In this document: piece by piece, positions 32,496-38,687 of the stretch | How the letters are laid out: each line of letters starts with the position of its first letter | How positions within the stretch are numbered: position 1 is the first letter of the stretch | The notes under the pieces: generated by a model | The model's input: only the letters and a program-made list of their open reading frames with translations | What the model was told of the DNA's origin: nothing | Database searches by the model: none | NCBI GenBank assembly: GCA_020536535.1 | Contig: JAHLWZ010000095.1 | Span: forward strand, 1 to 38,687 | DNA: 38,687 bases | DNA from: Pelomyxa schiedti | Taxonomy: Eukaryota > Protista > Evosea | Reading direction: 5' to 3' | Translations under genes and position numbers: made by a program

Positions 32496-34388
32496 ATGAG
32501 CGTGGTGGAGGGCTTGAGCAGTGTTAGCATTAGTGAGGACAGTGAGGTTTATGGGGACAATGTGGGGTTCATATTGGCTTCCTCGTCCTTGGCTGGTTTG
32601 TTTTGAGCTTTTTTTTTTCCCAGTTCGAGTCCTGATGTTAGTGGGTTGGGATGTTTCTAAGGCGCCGTTCTTGGTTTCTTGGGCTCGTTCTGTGTTGTTG
32701 CAATGTTCGTTGGGGACGCTGTTATATCAGTTATGCTCACTCTTTTTTTCTTTCTATCTTTTTTTCCCCTATGCCACTCCGAATCTTTTTGAATTGTTTT
32801 TTTTTTTTTGACGAAACTGTAACAGAGGTTGATACATGTTCATAAACACGTTCAGTACACATTCCAGGAGCGAATTGTACTGTATCTTGTTACATCCAAC
32901 TTTGTGTGGTCAACCACCAGCATTGGGCTAAATGCCACCCTTGTGGCTCATTTCCGGCAGGACAAGGCACCTTATTCACAAATTCACCTTTCTCAGCTCA
33001 CGTTGTGTAGACCCCACCTGTCACTGTTATTGGTTGTGACATTGTTGGACCCCTAAACATGTGGGGACAACTAGCAACTGTGCTTTGGGCCGATGCCATT
33101 ATCATTTATCTTGTGGCCACAGTAGTATTCAACCTTAAGATAAATACGAAGTGGTTCTTCAAAGGTGTGCAAGTGTGTGTGGCAAGTTGATTAATCCACC
33201 ATAGAATGGATCTTTATTGCAGTATGTTATCTTCTCCCGGTTTTCGCGGCATTTCTTCCGTTTATAGTCAGCGAATACTACTTCAATGGAGCCTGGTTTT
33301 TGAAACACGTTTGAGATACCTAAGTACTTATTCCCTCCAAGGTGTGGACCACCGGCAGCAAGTAGAAACGGGGAGCAGCTCTTTTGGATTGCGGAGTTAT
33401 GCATCACAATACTAATTATATCGGTTGGCGTTACTGTGGTGATGCTTTTTATGTGTCTCAAAAAAGAAGAAGGCAACTTCCAATAACTGTAAATAAAAAC
33501 CTAATCATTACAAGGCAGGGTGATGTACAGAGGGAAATCTCGCAGCAAATGGCGCAGAGGTGCCGGCAGGGCAGTGAGGAGATTACTACCCTTCCCAGTT
33601 GTTTTCATACTGCAGTTCTCGNNNNNNNNNNNNNNNNNNNNNNNNNNNNNNNNNNNNNNNNNNNNNNNNNNNNNNNNNNNNNNNNNNNNNNNNNNNNNNN
33701 NNNNNNNNNNNNNNNNNNNNNCTAATCATTACAAGGCAGGGTGATGTACAGAGGGAAATCTCGCAGCAAATGGCGCAGAGGTGCCGGCAGGGCAGTGAGG
33801 AGATTACTACCCTTCCCAGTTGTTTTCATACTGCAGTTCTCGTTCTGTATTATCAACGCACTGCTTCCTCCCGACTCAGCACAGAAAACGCCGCTCTGGT
33901 TTGACATTATGCACATGATTGCATTTCAGAGTGCTCCATTTTTCTTCTGCATACTGTATGTGAGAATGGACCGGGTCAGACTTGCCAGATTACGCGGAGC
34001 CCTTGTTGGATATGTCAACAAGACCGCACTAGAATCCGGAGGAAGGAACAAGACAGCAACTACGCTGAGGGTTCTATGCTGTTGCCTATTCTTCGGGAAA
34101 GGAAGCCAGGCTGTACCCGTTACATCTGCTCCCCTATGCATCACAACAGATGAATCCTACCAGAACGTGGAACTTACATACACCGATAAGAACGGAGTGG
34201 AGAGAGTGTGGAATGGGAACAACAACAGAGCAAGCACAAGCTCCCTTGAAGGTGACTATGACGACGACGACGACGCGGAATATGATGACAGTGAGGGCTC
34301 ATACAGTTCTGACACTGATAGTACCGGTTCCTATGTTCCACCTCCGGTACTTCCGGTCCATAACCAGGAGGAAGACAACAACCTCTGA
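32496..34388 (+). CDS. 7TM GPCR-like protein (slime-mould cAMP-receptor/Git3-like)
   Basis: Spliced product has 7 hydrophobic helices: AVLGFLGSFCVVAMF; RIVLYLVTSNFVW; GCDIVGPLNMWGQLATVLW (TM3 Cys); YLLPVFAAFLPF..NGAWC; WIAELCITILII; RRLLPFPVVFILQF; HMIAFQSAPFFFCILY. Acidic tail. Confidence 0.8.
33501..33842. other. Gap (33622-33721) flanked by an exact 121-bp duplication; unmerged contig overlap
   Basis: 33501-33621 = 33722-33842. Confidence 0.92.
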
Positions 34389-34494
34389 GTTATGTATCCC
34401 CTCCTTTATCATCATACACAACAAAACAAAGATAGTAATTGAATTGTACTATCTCACTGTAATTGCAAGATAAACCCCAGTTTTTGTCATTTGG

Positions 34495-36575
34495 TTACTC
34501 AACACTACTTACGATGCCGGCATCATCTAGTTGTTGTTGCTTGATTTGTTTTTTGAGGGATGATACAAGAGGGTCTTGCCAATCCAGTGCACTTACTTGC
34601 AAATCTGTTTAGTCCGTTAGCTAAATATGCACCAAGTGTGTAATCAATAAAGAAAAAGGAATAATGATTAAGTACGAAGAGAAGAAACGGGACTACCTGG
34701 GAAATTAGCAGTAAATAAATTTTCCAGCAGAGGAAGGTGCTCTTTTAGAGGTGCATAAGTTCCGCTACTGTTATCAATTATCAGTCTGTAGTCCCCGTTT
34801 TCGCGTGCGAGCACAAAGAATTCACCAGCATATCTTACCTATATTACAATAAGGAAAATGCTTAAGCGACTTCATCAAAAAGCACACTTCCTCAAGGGCA
34901 TTGCTATGCATGGCGTGTTTTGAAAGAAAGTCCTCGAAGGAAATGAGTGGAAGCAACCAGAAATTAGAAATATACCTTGAAGAAAGAAGCACCGGTTTCA
35001 CTGAAATTCATGTGGGTATCAAGCAATACATAGGTGAAAATTATAGGGACTCTTTCTCGCACTCCGTAATTTATCATCTGCATAAAGTCGGTAGCATTAT
35101 AGAGGTTCCCTTGAACTGAATAGAGCTGCTTGTAAAGCGAGGCATGCTGCATGTATATTGCACCTTCACCGGTAAGTGGAGAAAAAGAGTGCGGAATATG
35201 ACGGGGCTGTACTTCGAATGACAGGTCCTTGTATTGGAGATGCAAATATTTGTTTGGCTTTATCATAGGAAGTATTCCAATGATGCTTGACATCTCCAAA
35301 AGTGAATGGAACATGAGACAGATGAATTCTATAGCACTTGTAGGGTCTGTAGTAACTTAGCATAAGTTGAAGATAAAACAAAACGTACGAAAAGGTTTGT
35401 CCTTTATTGCTTGTTGCTAAACCAGCCATTAAATGGTGGTGTACAGAGTATGGCACTTTGTTTCCGGGTTGCATTTGTGGGGTCCTTAATACACTTCTGG
35501 GCAAATTTAGAAAGGAGAAATTAGCAAGAAAATATGTAGACCTAGGAACAATGTCTTCGGGATCCAGGTTAATTCTCACAGTGATAGATATCTGGCTACG
35601 GGGAGTTCCCCCAACAGGGAACCAATGAGGTCCAGCGTTCTTTACAAACGTCGTGATAGGAATCACAGCAAACCCAATATCATCGTCATGATTGAAACTG
35701 TCCTATCCTCTGCTTTGAGAATATTTGGGGAAGAGCGTTCTCTTTACCCTGTCTTTCACATATACACATAGGAATGTACAGTCAACACCGCCGGCAGTTC
35801 CAAAATACAATGCCGGGAGCATCTCCTCCCACAGAGGGTTGAGTGTTGTGGATCGAGTGTGGGTTCTGACCTCTGCAGTACGCCATGCCCACTTTGTGTT
35901 TGCGCGGCAACAATGAGGCGGGTTACATGCACTAGCAGCCTGAGCCACAACTCCTCCAGTAGATAAGATTTCAGCAAAGTGACCCCATTCACTTGTATCA
36001 ACGGGAGTGGGTTTTATCGCTGCCGTGGTTGGAGTTGCAGGAGGAGGGGATGGTGAAGGTGGGGGAAGAACCAGAGGAGGAGAGGTAGTTGGTGTAGACT
36101 GGGATGTTACTCCACGAGATAGAAGTGGAGAAGATGATATCTTTGCCCACAGAGCCTTTCCTGGCCTGTACCAATTCGTGGCAGCTGCATTAGTAGTACT
36201 ATTTACATCCCCACTGTTATTCATGGAAGTACTAGAGCTATAAGTAGTATTCTTATCATCAGGGAGTGGTTGAGGAGAAATGGAATTTGATGAGGATGGA
36301 TGGGATGACGAGGGGGGCTGGTGAACGAAGCATGTACAATAAGTACCATGTAATGAGCAGCCATTTGAATTACATGATGGTTGTGATGCAAGGTGCACTA
36401 CGACATATGGGTCTGACCGCCCATTCACATCACTAGACTAGAATCCACGTTATTGAGAGTATTACAGTACAACAGCAATTACACAAGTAAAAAGTGTCAA
36501 CACAAAAAAAAGGTTTTTAAATAGACCCACCAACAAGTTTTGTGCTGAAACTATTGTCACCAAAGCACGCCCCAT
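34495..36575 (-). CDS. C2-domain protein with a conserved uncharacterised C-terminal domain
   Basis: MGRALVTIVSAQNLL-SSDVNGRSDPYVVV..STTLNPLWEE..VYVKDR..DDDIG (C2 domain with an S/P/T insert). C-terminal FTYVLLD..FSETGASFFKDFLSKHAMHS..YAGEFF..LIIDNSSGTYAP. Confidence 0.85.
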
Positions 36576-36770
36576 TATGTACCCCAAAAACGAGATGAAA
36601 ATAGGCGATTTTGATCATTTAGGAGAAGGATTTTTAGATCATTTGGGGATGGTGAGCTATGCTGTGGATGGCTAGGGATTTGTTATGTTATGTTGTAGTG
36701 CAATGTAATCAAATCAACACGGTGAAAACAACTAAGGCTGGTGACTTAGTTGGCGGATTGTGAGTGTCTA

Positions 36771-37112
36771 TTTTACTTCTAGCATGACTGGTAGCCACAA
36801 CGGTATGCGCTGGTGGAGAACGAACTGCGGGCAAGATGGATGACCGCTTCTAGTTCTTCCACGAATGTATTCACGTCCGGAACCAGCTGTTNNNNNNNNN
36901 NNNNNNNNNNNNNNNNNNNNNNNNNNNNNNNNNNNNNNNNNNNNNNNNNNNNNNNNNNNNNNNNNNNNNNNNNNNNNNNNNNNNNNNNNNNTTTTACTTC
37001 TAGCATGACTGGTAGCCACAACGGTATGCGCTGGTGGAGAACGAACTGCGGGCAAGATGGATGACCGCTTCTAGTTCTTCCACGAATGTATTCACGTCCG
37101 GAACCAGCTGTT
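36771..37112. other. Gap (36892-36991) flanked by an exact 121-bp duplication; unmerged contig overlap
   Basis: 36771-36891 = 36992-37112. Confidence 0.92.
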
Positions 37113-38687
37113 CACTGCTTCCTTGAACTGGAGCTTCCATGGAGAAGTAGGCCCGGCCTAGGTGCCGTGCAATGTTCCGGTTCCTTGTATTCGGAATACA
37201 TGTTAGCTGCGGGGTGTTTGTTTTGGTGTTGTGGAATACCTGTTGTTCTCTCCCATTCCCGATGGGAAAATCTCAACCACTGCACTTCCGGTATCAACAG
37301 GAAGAAAAATGGAGTGAACCATCCCGGCGCCGTGGGCACCAATCAGAATGGATGAAGATGCTACTTTGGTGACTTGTTCTGTTATCGAGAGCGAAGCCAG
37401 ATCAACTATATCGAAGGTTATGGATATTCCTTTATCTCTGGCCTTCGAAACTACCGCGTCCTTCAAGCCGTTTTCATTGGGAATAGCCCTATTGACTTTT
37501 CCTTTGTTGAAGCCAGCTTTGTTGTATGGCCGACGTGAGATCATGAGTATGCTCACTGGTGAGGGCGTTGGCAAATCCAGGGCCCCAACGTGCGACACTA
37601 GCTGGCGCCGCAGTGCTCTCATCAGTTCGGTATCGTGGCATGAGGTTGCCGGAGAATTAGCGTGTTGTACTAAGAAGGAATTATATCCAGGGACAGAGGT
37701 TACTAGTCTTTCGAAACAGACGGTATCGCCAAGTGGAACTATATCTTGAGTCCAATAAAGTACGCTTCCTGCAGGGGAGAGTGCAGCGAAAAGATCGGCA
37801 TACGGTCCTGGAGGGTGAGTATCCAAAAAGAGGATTCTCACTCTTTCATGAGAATCCTCATCCACCCCGTATACAGCACTCTGTACAATAAACGCGTTCA
37901 CCATCTCGCAAACGGAGAATAGCATGTGAGCCCACTCGTATCTTGTAATAGCAAGCGTAGTACCGCGGAACGTATGTGAGCACTTCGTCGAGCTCGACGT
38001 GCTGAACCCGGAGCTTTTCAGAGTTTTCTCATCCTCAGAGTCCAACAAAAGAGGAGCATCGGAGACTTTCAATGAAGATAGTAACTCTCCATATACAACT
38101 TGGCCGGCAGCCGATGTATATGAGGCGGAATCCTTTGCCCTGGCTGCACCAGCAATAAGAGCCCCTGAGTGGTAAGTCAAGTGTCCTTCTTCACCAGCCC
38201 AGCCGCTCTTCAAGCCAGCTTGCACTTTTGACACTTGGATTCCGAAGCGGCGCATTTCGCAGAAGCTGTAGGGCCCCCCGTTCTCGTTCTTACTCGCGGC
38301 GTAGCACCACATGGAAGACCCCAAGTTGGCCGCGGGGGCGTACCTCACGGACCTCGAGGACTTGATCTTGTCGACGAGGCCGAACCCATAATCCCTGTCG
38401 CAGCGCCTCTCCGCCTCCGTCATAGCCGGCGGGACCCACCCATACACATCGGCATAAACCTCCGCCGTCGTGTTGAAGTGGTGCCTGTTCCTCCCATAAT
38501 CGCCCTCCCCTTCCCCGTCCCCGTCCCCGCCGCACTGCTTAGCCTCGGCAGCCTCGTCGAGAGCGGTTCTCAGAACGCGGATCTCCTCGCGCAGCTGGGT
38601 CGCGACGGCGGGGTCCTCGCCCTTCCCCCCGCGCTCGGTCAGCCACACCGCGCACCGCTCCGCCACCATGTCCTTGTCCTCCGCCGC
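37000..38687 (-). CDS. Glycosyltransferase family 61 (EOGT/POMGNT2/xylosyltransferase-like); 5' end probably outside the window
   Basis: ILMISRR..RAIPNE, LSITEQV..SSILIGAHGAGMVHSIFLP..AVVEIFP. One 3' intron leads to RNIARHLGRAYF..QSC*. Confidence 0.9.

Noticed and set aside
21510-34388. Adenylate cyclase plus cAMP-receptor-like GPCR as a functional cluster
   Set aside because: They are separated by unrelated genes, both families are commonly expanded, and nothing in the sequence links them.
33501-37112. Two 121-bp direct repeats flanking N-gaps as tandem duplications or TSDs
   Set aside because: Both are exact, the same length and split by a 100-N spacer, which indicates assembler overlap. 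Collapsing them restores the genes.
1-38687. CRISPR arrays, tRNA/rRNA, transposase, reverse transcriptase or viral genes
   Set aside because: No spaced repeats, cloverleaf/rRNA signatures or mobile-element motifs were recognised by eye.

Overview
This is eukaryotic, gene-dense, intron-rich DNA, not prokaryotic. Introns are mostly 40-60 nt GT-AG with several GC-AG, and there are micro-exons and three 100-N scaffold gaps. Gene content and style suggest an amoeboid protist, possibly an archamoeba such as Pelomyxa (inference only). Most ORF-track entries are exon fragments or antisense shadows, so the genes below were spliced by eye. In order: a partial copy of a gene also present at 31.2-32.4 kb; a coiled-coil gene; a TRIM/RBCC-like gene (RING, B-box start, coiled coil, 2x IPT/TIG, SPRY-like) with a RING frameshift and a perfect 47-bp fold-back hairpin replacing most of its B-box; a sulfotransferase relic; a Kelch/F-box/Ras-CAAX fusion; three tandem PAPS-dependent sulfotransferases; coiled-coil gene(s); a receptor-type class III adenylate cyclase; a CPA1 Na+/H+ antiporter; a GILT thiol reductase; a cAMP-receptor/Git3-like 7TM protein; a C2-domain protein; and a GT61 glycosyltransferase. 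The most interesting items are the Kelch-F-box-Ras fusion and the broken TRIM-like locus with its hairpin.
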